DNA from: Podarcis melisellensis
Lineage: Eukaryota
NCBI GenBank assembly: GCA_964234715.1
Contig: OZ174278.1
Length of the DNA: 64,000 nt
Reading direction: 5' to 3' (one strand)
Within the stretch, counting starts at the first letter, position 1. Every line of letters begins with the position of its first letter. Positions 27,276-39,123 of the stretch are shown here, piece by piece. The notes beneath the pieces are model-generated. The model ran no database searches. It saw nothing but the letters and a program-made list of their open reading frames with translations, and was not told the origin of the DNA. The position numbers and the translations under genes were made by a program.

Positions 27276-27491
27276 CATGAAAATGAGAGAGAAAACCTGA
27301 ATGCAGACTTGGATAAATTAAGATCTGAATTAACTGATAATCCAAAACATTTTAATCATTGCCTTTGTAATGTCAAAATGGAAATGGCAGAAAAGCATTA
27401 TAGACTTGCAAGGCTTTGTGGGTTGGTGGCAATGGAGGAATATGAACGAGAGGAATATGATCTTGCAGGTTGCCCTGCAACAGGGAGATGA
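27276..27491 (+). CDS. Putative terminal coding exon of an unidentified gene (HENERENLNADLDKLRSEL...GCPATGR*)
   Basis: Strong acceptor cctatcttgtcttgtcttcacag|, 71 open codons with coiled-coil-like composition, TGA, and AATAAA at 27615-27620. No repeat signature seen. Confidence 0.45.
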   Translation, partial: HENERENLNADLDKLRSELTDNPKHFNHCLCNVKMEMAEKHYRLARLCGLVAMEEYEREEYDLAGCPATGR

Positions 27492-27866
27492 ATTTTTGAA
27501 TGTAACCGAAAACTGACCATCTGCAGTATGCATGCCCAATGTGTATATTTTGGGGGAACGCACACACTGCACCTCATGGTTTACAATGCATACCTTTCCA
27601 TAACAATGGTTAATAATAAAAATAATATTTAAAATTGTCTTCAATGCCAAGGTTGGTATGTAGACATAATCTATAATATCCAGCAGATGAAAAAGCAATA
27701 TTAAACCATAAAACCAATAAGCATCAGCAGAGAAATATCCACGGACACATATTCATTACTGCAAATAACGCAACTCAGTAATTCATCCATCTCCCAAAGC
27801 CCAAAGGAAAAATATACATCTTCATCAGATGTCGACAGGCTGCTGCTGGCATGAGGGACACCCCTA

Positions 27867-28097
27867 TCACCAGTGAGAAGGTTTGGGGAGTTGCACTGCC
27901 TGCTTGTTACACTGGGTTTCCTTGAAGCAATATCTGAATGCAACCTTGGACTTGTTAATGGCCTTTGAAGGGTTGCCATAGGAACCGACTGTTAGATCAT
28001 TTTCCAGAATGATTTTTCTAGAAGGCTGAAAGTCATTGTTGCAAAGGGATGTGACTTTCTCAACACACACACAGCCCTGGGCTAAGGAAGCAAAGGT
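27867..28097 (-). CDS. Putative terminal exon of a convergent - strand transcript (TFASLAQGCVCVEKV...LPKPSHW*)
   Basis: Strong acceptor ctctgtctctcttcactcag|; only phase 0 stays open (76 codons), matching a phase-0 donor at 28350. Confidence 0.28.
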   Translation of the reverse strand, partial: TFASLAQGCVCVEKVTSLCNNDFQPSRKIILENDLTVGSYGNPSKAINKSKVAFRYCFKETQCNKQAVQLPKPSHW

Positions 28098-28349
28098 CTG
28101 AGTGAAGAGAGACAGAGCTTTGGAATCAAGAGGGGAAACAGCCAGAAACCATGTTCATGGTACAACAATGAGTGAACAACCAACCAAACAAACCCCTTTG
28201 TTGCAAAATATGACTCGGCAATATCGAAAGCAACACGATGGCCAGAAACAATTACAGTATAGAAAACTTTATGAAATATTGCAAAACATCAAAACTATCA
28301 AATTGAAGTATCTGAAAGTTCTTGAATAAGTCATGGTCCCAGACTTTAC

Positions 28350-28450
28350 CTGGCGGATATCAAGCTTGTAAAGCTTTGTATAATTGGCAAATGTCCAATT
28401 CTGATGTCCAAATCTGAAGTCTGCTGAACAGTGTTTCCGGATAACAACTA
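28350..28450 (-). CDS. Putative upstream exon (...RKHCSADFRFGHQNWTFANYTKLYKLDIRQ)
   Basis: Donor CAG|gtaaag at 28350/28349. No convincing acceptor and an in-frame TAA near 28480, so it may be non-coding. Confidence 0.22.
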
Positions 28451-28986
28451 CTGTTTCGTTCAGTTCTTCATCAGCCAGTTAGATCAACAAACACTCATAA
28501 GTAGAAAGATGTGTAATTTCTTCATTAACCAATCATTTTTCGAATTGATATAATATACATGAGAATGAAAAATACTCTGGAACAGTGCTCATGCAATTAT
28601 GCATTTGCCTGAACATGTGTGGGTTGAGCTACTATATGGGCACACCACTCCCATGTCACTGTGTACATGACCCAGCTTTCCCCAGGAGCAGGGAAGATAT
28701 ACATGCAGAGGGCTTTTACTGACATCTACTGAAATGCAAGTAGAGAGAGGTTGATTCTCCCTTTCCTAAGAATTCTCCTGCGAAGACCTCCTGACTATTT
28801 TGTATTATCCTGCTTAAGGGGTGTTTCCTCCTATATTACTGAGATGATTGCAAAAAGTATTCTGACTTCGGTGAAGATCAGGAGAAATTTGATGTTGGCT
28901 TGAGAGACAGTGGGAAATTATATGTGTCTACTTTTCATTTTTTTACTTCTGTACCTAATTTTGTTAAGAATCGAACCTGTCTAGAG

Positions 28987-29230
28987 CAGGGATAGGCAAC
29001 CTCAGTCCCAGGGCCAGATGCGGCCCAATCGCCTTGTCAATCTGGCCTGTGGACAGTCCAGGAATCAGCGTGTTTTTACATGAGTAGAATGTGTCCTTTT
29101 ATTTAAAATGCATCTCTGGGTTATTTGTGGAGCATAGGAATTCTTTTTTTCTTCAAAAAAATATAGTCTGGCACACCACATGGTCTGAGGGATGGACCCG
29201 CCCATAGCTTAAAAAGGTTGCTGACCCCTG
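28987..29230 (+). mobile_element. hAT-type MITE
   Basis: cagggataggcaacct ... aggttgctgacccctg; 8-bp TSD gtctagag (28979-28986, 29231-29238). Confidence 0.92.
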
Positions 29231-32174
29231 GTCTAGAGAATAAGGGGTTTCAAAAGCACCCTAGGACATTGGTTGTCTTTAGTAGCAAACTGTGGGTGAC
29301 CATTAGGAGCATTTCATCTTCAACTCCACCTATGTTGAACCTGCATATGCAAATATTTTAAAAGGTCAAGAGGCTTCAAGTGATGGCCTTCCACCGGAGA
29401 TCAAACACTGTGACTCTAAACCTGTCAGCTAACTCAGCTAACTGGTGCACATGGAACAGAAATAGCCAAAGTACATCCAGAAGAATATCATGTGCAATTT
29501 TCTATCTTTTTATCATTTCAGAATCAGCGCTTGGGATGATGCATGTTTTTTGGGCAGAAATGGTCGGAATTCATTTTATAAAGTCTTGAACAGTCAACTA
29601 GTATTAAGCTTTACTTTAGTATTTCAAACACTGCTGACATTTGAGTGTTATAATACAAAAAATATTAAATTTGTACACTGCCTTTCATTCCAGTGCAATT
29701 CACAACAGAAAAATATAGGATGAGAATACAAAACAAATAATAAAACAAGAACCAAACCCAAATGTTGCAGTCCTGAAAGACATTGCTTGCTATGGATTAG
29801 AGTGTGCAGCAAAATTTAAGTTGTTTCCTAATATATCATTTCTGATTACAGTCTGAAAGACTGCATGCCCACTGGAACAAGAAAGTGGGGGGATTGAAAT
29901 TTGCAGATACTCTGTATGGTCTGGAGGATAATGGGGAGGATAATTGTTTTAAAAGCCCTTTCAGACATATTAAAATTGTCTTGTTTCTATTTCCATTTGT
30001 GCATTGGCCATTGCTAAATGGGAAATTTAATGAAAATTTCAGTGTGATTCAGTTTTTTAAACCAAGTGTTGGGCTCCTTGCTAGCCTAGAAAATGGTTCA
30101 AGCGATCCTCACAGCCCAATCACAAGAGTCGAACACCTCAAAATGCAGGTGAGGAACTGCTCGTTTGTGAGCACCCCCACATCAAAATGTCTCCCCATGT
30201 GAAATCTTCAAATCAAAGCATACACTTGTGAATTAACTTCTCAACATTTGCATTTCCCCCCCTTTAAAAGGAGCTGGGGGGGGGGTAAACAAAACTGGAT
30301 CAGAGCAGTGGTTCTGGGAGAGGAGTGTTAGCCTTCTCCCTCAAACTTTCAGTTTTCCAAATCTGCAACACTAAAGTTTCTTGTAGTTCCAAGGGGCTTC
30401 AGACAAGAGAAACAGAGGTAACATTGTTTTTCATATGGTTTAACAGATTACAGTTGCAATCCTATACTCATTCACCCAGGGAGTTAAGCACTGAACTCAA
30501 TTTGGAACTTATTTCTAGGTAAAAATGCGTAAGATTGTGCTGCATAGCGCAGTGCAGAAAAGAAAAATCATGATGATGCAATCACGACATTGAGCTTTCT
30601 TTTTTCACAGTATTCAAATCTTGCACATATACATTCTTTCAACATTGGTTGAAAATAATGGAGGTGGGGGGAGAATATACCAGCTAAAAGCCAGATCAAA
30701 TGCAGCAGGCAAATTCTAAAAGTAACTTGGTAATAAATAAATAAATAAATAAACACAAAAGAATGACTTCTAACACATTTGGGTGTGGAGTCAGAAGGCC
30801 CAAATATGAGGGGGAGGGGTATTTTTTAATTATTTATGAACGCATGTCATAGAATCAGTCTCCATACTGGACTAAAAACAAAGAAGCAAGCAATGATACT
30901 GAAAGTTATTTTAGCAATGCTGTCTTATTCGAAAAGGAGTTAAGGACTAATCATAATAGCAAGTAGGTCTAGAATAGCCTTTCTCAATTGGTATTCTCCA
31001 GATGTTTTTGAACTAGAACTCCCATCAGCCCCAGCCAACATTCTGGTTGAGGCTGATGGGAGTTCTAGCCCCCAAAATCTGGCAAACACTATGTTGAGAA
31101 AGTCTGTTGTAAAGGCACTATATGTTGTTTTACTAATTGAACAGAAACCTGAACTAGCACATTTACTGATTTACCATGGCATTTAGCATTTCAGGCTGCA
31201 TGGGAAGGAGCTGAAATGAGGAAGCAGGAATTTGTTTGTTCCAACTAATTACTTCCCCCAAAGTTGATGGATTCTACTAGAATGGTATTTACCATTTGTG
31301 GCCCCTTAGCCTCAGAGAAGGGGTGGCGGCATTTATTCCCATCTATAAAGGGAGAGCTGCAAACTTCTACTGTATTTTGCTTTAACTCGAAAGGAAATGG
31401 GATCTTTAAGTAAAGCTATAATGTTTATCGAGTGCCTTTGCAGTTTACAATAGCAGCTATGTGACTGATACATTCAGTGCTTTTATACACAAAGTAGTTT
31501 ATAAACTGTTTGAATGATTGGGAAATTCCCCGTCTTCTGTTTATCAGCTGGGATTTTAAGACATTACTGAGGATGAGTTTATTAACCAAGTTGGGCAGTT
31601 GCAATTGGCTGCTTATGCAATAAGGTGCATCTAGTGGAGTTAACAAGTTTCCACTGAGCTGCAGGTTCCCATAAACACTGCACACTTTAGGAAGCAAAAA
31701 CAGTTTGCTGTACGGTATATTTTAAATAAACAAGGGAAGTGTGGAATTAAGAATAATAATTTCCTCTGTCCCATGCCCACTCAAGATCAGGTTTGTCAAG
31801 GTCTGTGGGCAGATTCAGGGTGGATCTACACACAGGGAAAATGTTATAAGTCATAAATTAAATCATTATAACGAAAGAAAAAAACCCCATGTAAAATCAC
31901 ATAGAAGTTTTGTGCTCTACAATGCTAACTAGTGTTGCATGTTTATAGCACATTCAAAATGCTTTTTTAAAAACTGATGTAGCTGAGTCTTCACACATTA
32001 AAAAAAAGCAGGAACAGCACCCATAAATCTCACATTGTCTTTCAGAACATCTCTTGCAATGTTCACTGCGACCCCTCCCAGACACATACACGTGTCAGAG
32101 AAACTGCAAATGCTAAGAAGTGTAAGAGCTTCACCTCCATTTTGAGCTCACGTATTTATGTTTGTTTATCTGCA

Positions 32175-32440
32175 GGTGCAGGTAAGCAGTCTGGGGTTGA
32201 TCCTGGATTGAGCCTTGCAATGAGTGGCCCAGGCAACCTCTGTGGCTAGTAGCAACTTCCACCAGCTTCAGCTGGTGCAATAACTGTGGCTGTACCTGGA
32301 TTGATATAGCTTGACTACAGTAATTCATGCACTGGTAAATTCAAGAATGAATTATGGCAACACACTCCATGTGGGGCTTTCCTTACTGTTGGTCTAAAAG
32401 CTGCAGTTAGTGCGGAATACTATAGCTTAATTGTTTGCAG
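32175..32440 (+). mobile_element. Degraded L2 RT-region fragment
   Basis: agtctggggttgatcctggat...ttccaccagcttcagctggtg...acagtaattcatgcactggtaa...aagctgcagttagtgcggaat. A further piece lies near 32990-33140. Confidence 0.65.
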
Positions 32441-34052
32441 GCTTGCTGCTCTCCACAGCAGACTACCTTATCCTGACAGCATTGATGGCAGGAAGGGCCA
32501 GTTGAGTTCCAAGTATAGCAATGTGGTGTCTGTGGTTGGTTGGCTGACTGGCAGGAGCCAATCACAGATTCTGGCCAGCGCATGAGGGGGTGTGCCTGGC
32601 CAGGAGCCAGTCAGCAAAGCTTCCTGGTTCTGTAGGGAATGGGAACTGAATAGGATTCATAGTCAAATGGGGTCTTGGTTGAGGTTCTCCCACAGCTTCA
32701 GCTTGGGGTGAGGAAGAGGAGCAAACCAAGGTTGTGTGCAGGATTCCCCAGAATGAGCAGCATCAAGATGGGCCCCTTATTGGTGCTTAGCAACTCCCTT
32801 CTTGTACCAAGAATGGATATATTAGATAAGGATGCCTAATAACAGGATGCTTTTGCCATGCAAATCCCTTTTATGAGTGTAATCAATACAGACTGTGGCC
32901 ATGTTTTACCCACTCTGGTCCCAGTGTGTGTTCTTTGATCCTGCAGCCCTGTGCTTGGAACACAATGGGAACCTGTCACCACACTACACCCATGCCCAAA
33001 GATCTGCCCTGGTTGACAGTCTACTACTGAATCACATTCACTTACTATTAGTCTATAAAGCACTTAACAGCTTAAGACCAGTTTACTTGAGGAATCGCCT
33101 TGCCCTCTAAAGGCCTACTCAACCACTTTGATCTGGGTATGTTTCCCCTTAAATCTTCTGCCAAGTCTCCTTAATTTTCTTCAGCATTGGCTTATTACTG
33201 GTGCAGTGCAATGTGCAATGTTTTAAGAAAAATTATCTGACTTTGTACAGTACACAGTTTTACAACATGTAGCCTGACCATTTTGTCATCTTATTGTCGT
33301 GTCTTCACTACTAGCCAAAACCAAACACAAGCACTTAATGTTCCTTGTGAGCCACCATAGCAACGTTGGAACGCTAAAGTTTACTAGCAGAGGCTTAGAG
33401 TGGAATGGAGTGCTAGTGTAGTTATAGAAGAATTACAGATTACAATATTTATTTCAATTACCATTACAAAATCAGCTGACTTCCAAGGCTATTATTGTTC
33501 TTATTGCTCTTGCCTGTGTTTTGCTTTCTAGTTTGTCAACAGTCTATGTGAAATTATATTATGATTGAAGTGGTGGCTAATACACACAAAAACATGTGTT
33601 AATTCATGAAAAGCAGAGGCCATTGAGAACCTCCATTGAGCTTTCTGTGGACTTGTTTTCCCAGGAGAAAGTCACAAACATAAAGTATATATAGCAGATA
33701 GAGGCCAAGAATTAATAATGGAACCCAGTGGTTCCTATCCAATACAGTAGCATAGGTTGAGGCATGCTTAGTTTTGTTTCATTGTGAAACTGTGGTGGAA
33801 CATTCTCAATGGACCACTTTCTAATGATGGTTAAAACTCCACAGGTGACTTTACAATAACCGAGGACGCAGTTCAAGTATACCTATATGCTTTGTAGAAT
33901 ATGGTGAAATGGTTTTTTGTCTTTATTTGTCAATATACAACCATGAAGCTACAGGAAAATGATAGAGGGCCATATACAATGCTCCCTGTCAACTAGCACA
34001 AGAGCTTTAATGAGGACTTTAGTGTGTCTTAATGTTTCACAACAGAGGAATC

Positions 34053-34395
34053 CAATACAACCTGAAGGAGCGTCTCCATCCCCATTGTTCAGCCTGGACA
34101 CTGAGGTCCAGCTCTGAGGGCCTTCTGGCAGTTACCTCACTGCGAGAAGCAAAGTTACAGGGAACCAGGCATAGGGCCTTCTTGGTAGTGGCGCCTGCCC
34201 TGTGGAACGCCCTCCCATCAGATGTCAAAGAAATAAACAACTATCTGACTTTTAGAAGACAACTGAAGGCAGCCCTGTTCAGGGAAGTTTTTAATATTTG
34301 ATGAATTATTGTATTTTAATATTTTTCTGGAAGCCAACCAGAGCAGCTGGGGAAACCCAGCCAGATGGGCAGGGTATAAAGAATAAATTATTATA
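34053..34395 (+). mobile_element. L2 3' end, 5'-truncated
   Basis: Encodes LKERLHPH.SA.TLRSS...RAF.VVAPALWNALP...FRRQLKAALFREVF*, then the tail ggaagcc...gggtataaagaataaattatt. Confidence 0.9.
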
Positions 34396-34614
34396 ATATT
34401 ATTATTACAACAGTTCTGCTAGCTAGCAGAAACTCACTGCACAACAGATGCTCATGCATTCTCTTGTGCAACAACAGTGCAACAGGTATACTAAGTGCCT
34501 TTAACTTAGTGCTGCATTTGATACAATTCAAGGTGACTGAACAAGGTGTCAGGCATAGCATACTGCGAATGCAGCAATAGGTGGAAACATAAACAACTAA
34601 GAACAAAAGTGACA

Positions 34615-34921
34615 CTGCCCGGACACTGAGGTCCAGCTCCGAGGGCCTTCTGGCGGTTCCCTCCCTGCGAGAGGCCAAGTTGCAGGGAACCAGGCAGAGG
34701 GCCTTCTCGGTGGTGGCGCCCGCCCTGTGGAATGCCCTCCCACCGGATGTCAAGGCGATGGACAACTACCTGACATTCAGAAGACATCTGAAGGCAGCCC
34801 TGTTCAGGGAAGTTTTTAATATGTGACATTTTAGTGTATTTTTCATTTCTGTTGGAAGCCGCCCAGAGTGGCTGGGGAAACCCAGCCAGATGGGCGGGGT
34901 ACAAATAATAAATTATTATTA
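34615..34921 (+). mobile_element. L2 3' end, second copy of the same subfamily
   Basis: Highly similar to 34090-34395, with more CpGs retained. Confidence 0.9.
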
Positions 34922-35799
34922 TGACAGTTGACGCAAAATGTTACAGTGTAAGGTACTGCTGTTTGGGGTCGCATCCACTCCACTCAAGCCCATCCCCCCT
35001 ACAGCAATTGTTCTCCAATTCCCCACCAGTAGTCAGTCAGGAATTCCATGGCCACTGAGTATGCTCATTGGGCTGTTCGAAATATACATCTTTTTTTTGT
35101 AATTTAACAAGTATTGTGCATGCATGGTGTCATTTTTGGCAACATAAACAATGACACGCACAGCTTGAACATCAGTAATAGAGGGAGTGGTGCCAAAAAG
35201 TCTCTCTGTAGAGGAATTTTGGATGATGCACTGAAATATCATCTGGCATCGAATTTCAACTCCATCTGAAGAAGTAAAAACAACAAGAACTCAAAACAGT
35301 CTTGCCTGAGGTTTATTAGATTTAACGTGGAGAACTGGAAAATTTTCTGAGTATAGAGTCAGTGGACGAACAGGCAAATAAAATCCCAGCATACAACAAG
35401 GGTGAATAGGTTTAGGTTGGAAGCCCCAGTTCAGAAGAAGAAAATAAATCATACTATAATCACATTTTTATAAAAGGTCGCAAGGTCAGATGTCAAGAAA
35501 TTGCAAAATAAATACAGACTGCTCCCTGAAAGGGGTGATAGGCAAAAAACTAAGGGATTTTCAATAAAAATGATAATGAGAAGGACTTATATAAGCCAAC
35601 AAATAATAAATAAAAAAGCTAATCTGACAATAAATATATATTTGGCACTTACAGAGAACAGAACTGGGGCAAGACTTTTCTAAAGGATTTAGAATAAGAA
35701 AGATAACCAAGGCTGGGTGAGCAAGCGGAATTGATTGAGGATGCAGTTCAACTGCACTTGGTGAGCACTTGTGGCCAAGTCTCCCACAAAGGGTTTCCA

Positions 35800-35843
<44 letters not shown>
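35800..35843. repeat. (ATC)n microsatellite
   Basis: About 14 perfect units. Confidence 0.95.
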
Positions 35844-36496
35844 TTTATGCATATTTTGTGAGCATGAACAGTAATGCTTTCTAACAGGAAAATGCATTTC
35901 ACATATTTTTTGCAATTGCAATATTATATTGAGCTTTCAGTGGGACAGGGCTGGCATCAGCCAAGGCCTCTTGCTGTTGGTTCCTCTTCTCTTTGTAGGG
36001 AAGAGTCACTGGGACAGATTTAGGGGGTACACAAGGGGGAGAAAAGAACCCAATCAGCTTGTTGTTGTGCAAGCAGATTTCTGTTGTGCAAGCAACTGAA
36101 CATCACTGGATGTTGCAGCATCATTGGCAATAGGAATTCCACCCCTGCAATCAATGTGATTGTCACCCTGCAGAGGACTCTCATTTCTTATTTGTTACAG
36201 AAAGTGCTATCAACAGAATCAGTTATTATCTCACTACAGCCAACTTTCTCTAAAAATAAACAAATAAAGCTAGTTGAACCTCCTATACTCCATGGAGTCC
36301 CTCTTGCCTCTCTTTGCTGTTGTGCTGAATCACTTCCCAGATACTCCCTGTCATTCAGTTATTCCTCCTGTTTACCTAACTCTTCTACTTTCTTGCATGG
36401 AAGTCAAGGCTTATTCCCTTTACTGAGGAGGCTAGTATCATATGAATTGGTCCTTTACGAACAAGGCAGGAGTGTAAAACCTATGGCCCTCCAGAT

Positions 36497-36761
36497 GCAT
36501 CAATAGGAGTATAGCATCTAGATCAAGGGAAGTAATAGTGCCACTGTATTCTGCTCTGGTCAGACCTCACCTGGAGTACTGTGTCCAGTTCTGGGCACCA
36601 CAGTTCAAGAAGGACATTGACAAACTGGAACGTGTCCAGAGGAGGGCAACCAAAATGGTCAAAGGCCTGGAAACGATGCCTTATGAGGAACGGCTAAGGG
36701 AGCTGGGCATATTAAAAAAAAAAGGGGGGGAGCTGGGCATGTTTAGCCTGGAGAAGAGGAG
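36497..36761 (+). mobile_element. CR1 LINE ORF2 C-terminal fragment
   Basis: [54 protein letters not shown] is canonical CR1. Confidence 0.95.
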
Positions 36762-37479
36762 GCCCAATGTGAAAACGTTACTGAAGGACAAGTTGCTGAG
36801 GGGGCTCAAATAATATGTTCATGTTCCTTAGAGGCCACTCAGTGCTAATTATGGAATCCCCTCATTTGGATAGTAAAAAAGGAGCCTGCCTCTGCAGTTT
36901 GGGGCTTGTAAAAGTCTGTTTCTTAAAGATTAGTCAGAGAGCACATGACAGTAAAGAAACAAAAGGATGAGGGGAAAACCACAAATAAATAAGAGAAGCC
37001 AAATCCTGTATTAAACTCTTATCCATAACCAGGAAAGCTACATTAGGGTTGGCAGAACTCTAGGTTTCTCCGAAGTCCAAAGGACATTTTTGTTTATTTG
37101 CATAATCCAAATGTTAACTGTCAGCAACAAAAACATCCAGGCTCATTTCTGAGGCATTTCCTTAGCTAGATATACTCATCCATTTTGCTTTAGCTAATTA
37201 CATGTCCATAATCAAGTTTATCAAAAGCAGTAGTCATAATTCATGTTATTGGCATTGCCTTCAGTATTCACAAGTTGTGTGTAAACTATTGCCCATTTAA
37301 ATATGACAGATAATTGTGAGTCTCTCGGCAGAGCATAAGACATGCAAAAAATAACTTTGTTTTATTTATATTTCCATGCATACTCTATGTCCCTTGATTA
37401 AATTCCCAATATACCGTGCGGAAATGATTCGTGCCTGTAAATGAGCTTTGCCAGTTTGGCTGGCTCAGTCCCCTTTGCA

Positions 37480-37815
37480 ATGTTTGGTCCCACCAATTGC
37501 AAGCACATATCAGACTTTGAAGATTTCCTTCTGAGATTGACCCCTGTAGCAAGAGTTATCAGAGGCCCTCTTGCGGAACTTAACACTGATTATGCCTGCA
37601 TTGATGCAGAATGTGACCAGCCAGTTTATAAAGGAACTTTCTGCTGGGTTCTTCTTGGCCTTTTTGGTATTATCTACCTTCTGGGTGTCCCTGTTCCCTT
37701 TTCTGACTGTGGAAGGAGCCAAGTAAATAGATCAGCATAGTTCCCATTCAGGATCTGTTCCCTGATTTTCTTACTCAGATGAATGCCGGGGGTGGGGGGT
37801 GTCTTCAGGATCAGT
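37480..37815 (-). mobile_element. Decayed DIRS/Ngaro (tyrosine-recombinase retrotransposon) gag-like fragment
   Basis: Manual - strand translation: PGIHLSKKIREQILNGNYADLFTWLLP, frameshift, then KKAKKNPAESSFINWLVTFCINAGIISVKFRKRA. This resembles the HL...+R..I..G.Y.D.F.LL and F.NW..AF..YA motifs of vertebrate DIRS/Ngaro ORF1. Confidence 0.65.
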
Positions 37816-37818
37816 ATA

Positions 37819-38008
37819 CAGTCATACCTCAGGTTGAATATGCTTCAGGTTGAGCATTTTCAAGTTATGCTCCGCGGCAACCCGGAAGTAACAGAGCGCG
37901 TTACTTCTGGGTTTTGCCACTCGTGCATGCGCAGGCGCGTCTTACGTTCTATTCAGGATGCAAACGGGGCTCCAGAACAGATCCGGTTCGCATCCCGAGG
38001 TACCACTG
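37819..38008. mobile_element. Tc1/mariner (Tigger-like) MITE, different internal type
   Basis: ta|cagtcatacctcagg ... cccgaggtaccactg|ta. Confidence 0.85.
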
Positions 38009-38358
38009 TAGTTTGATTCCCAGGGGTCCTTGTCTGAACAGACATCATCCCCTGACCTTTGAAGTAAAGGAAGGCAAAAATGTATTAAGGCACAAGGATG
38101 GAGGACCTTGCCTTATAATAGTAAACAATATGATTACAACAAATGTTGGACATGTTGTGTTTTGATCCTTTGCATGAGATATTAGGCAAGCATTCATAGC
38201 TGTTAATCTTTTTGGATGCCTGGAATAAAAATTCCTCAGATGCTCTCACAGGTATTATATGAAGACTGAGAAATTACTGTCGGGAACATTTCAAAAACAA
38301 CTATTATAGAAGCTGTTGTCATTATCCATACCATTCACGTTTAAGGGTCTGTCAGCAT

Positions 38359-39123
38359 TTGCGTGTTCAGACCCAGAAACCTCCCCCCTAAATAAATGCA
38401 CACTTGACTCAAAGTTTGGTTTTGGTCTTTGGCAGAATTTAGGCCACAACTTTATTGACTACAGAAAGTGAATGGTTGCATAGGCTGTGGTTCAACTAGC
38501 TCCCTGCCATGCACCAGCATAGGTCAGCCAAGGGTGAACACCTGGATAAGCGGAAAACTGGGAATGGGCTATCTCCGCCACCCAAATGTCCCCCTGGACT
38601 CAGGCACGGGCACAACCCCCTCTCAGGGGTTGGCCAAACCATCGAGTCCCTGGATTCCTTTAACAGAATACCCTCCACATAGGGATGGTGAGAGCATTCT
38701 CTCATCCCTCTCACCTGAACCAACGCCTAACCGCAACCTTACAAGTTGTGACGATTTGCTACGCAGCAGGCAAAATCCAAATGGCACCAGGCAATCAGCC
38801 AAGTGGGGAAAATTCCTGCCATGCCCCTGTTCCAATGATAGGCAACACACGATGACATAGCAAGGTGAAGCGCAAAGCCCTAAAAGTAGGGAGAGGTGGG
38901 CGGGTGTTCCGAATGCATGTGCAGAAAGAGGAAGCTCTGGGTTATGTGCATGGGCATAAATAGATCCCTCAAACTGTTTGGGCTGCGTCCCATTGGCCAG
39001 ATTGCACCCAGCTATGAGGGACCCACCAATCGGGTGTTGTGGCTGACCAATCGTACCCACCCAAACACAGGGTGTTGTTTTTCCAGGTCTCACCGCAATA
39101 CCCTCTTTAAGGGAGGACCCGAT
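38359..39123 (-). mobile_element. Copy B of the CACGCAA-ended LTR-like family
   Basis: ttgcgtgtt at 38359, ggccacaactttatt at 38442-38456, aagttgtgacgatttgctac at 38743-38762; flanked by a 57-bp direct repeat. Confidence 0.7.

Noticed and set aside
31552-31624. DITEDEFINQVGQLQLAAYAIR, resembling a nuclease QLxxY motif
   Set aside because: Bounded by stop codons, too short, and splice sites do not fit convincingly.
32170-32186. 6-nt microexon ctgcag|GTGCAG|gtaagc
   Set aside because: Lies at the edge of a decayed L2 fragment that supplies the donor-like sequence.
35033-35266. - strand acceptor followed by an open frame (DGVEIRCQMIFQCII...)
   Set aside because: No clear donor and no recognisable homology; cannot be linked to other exons.
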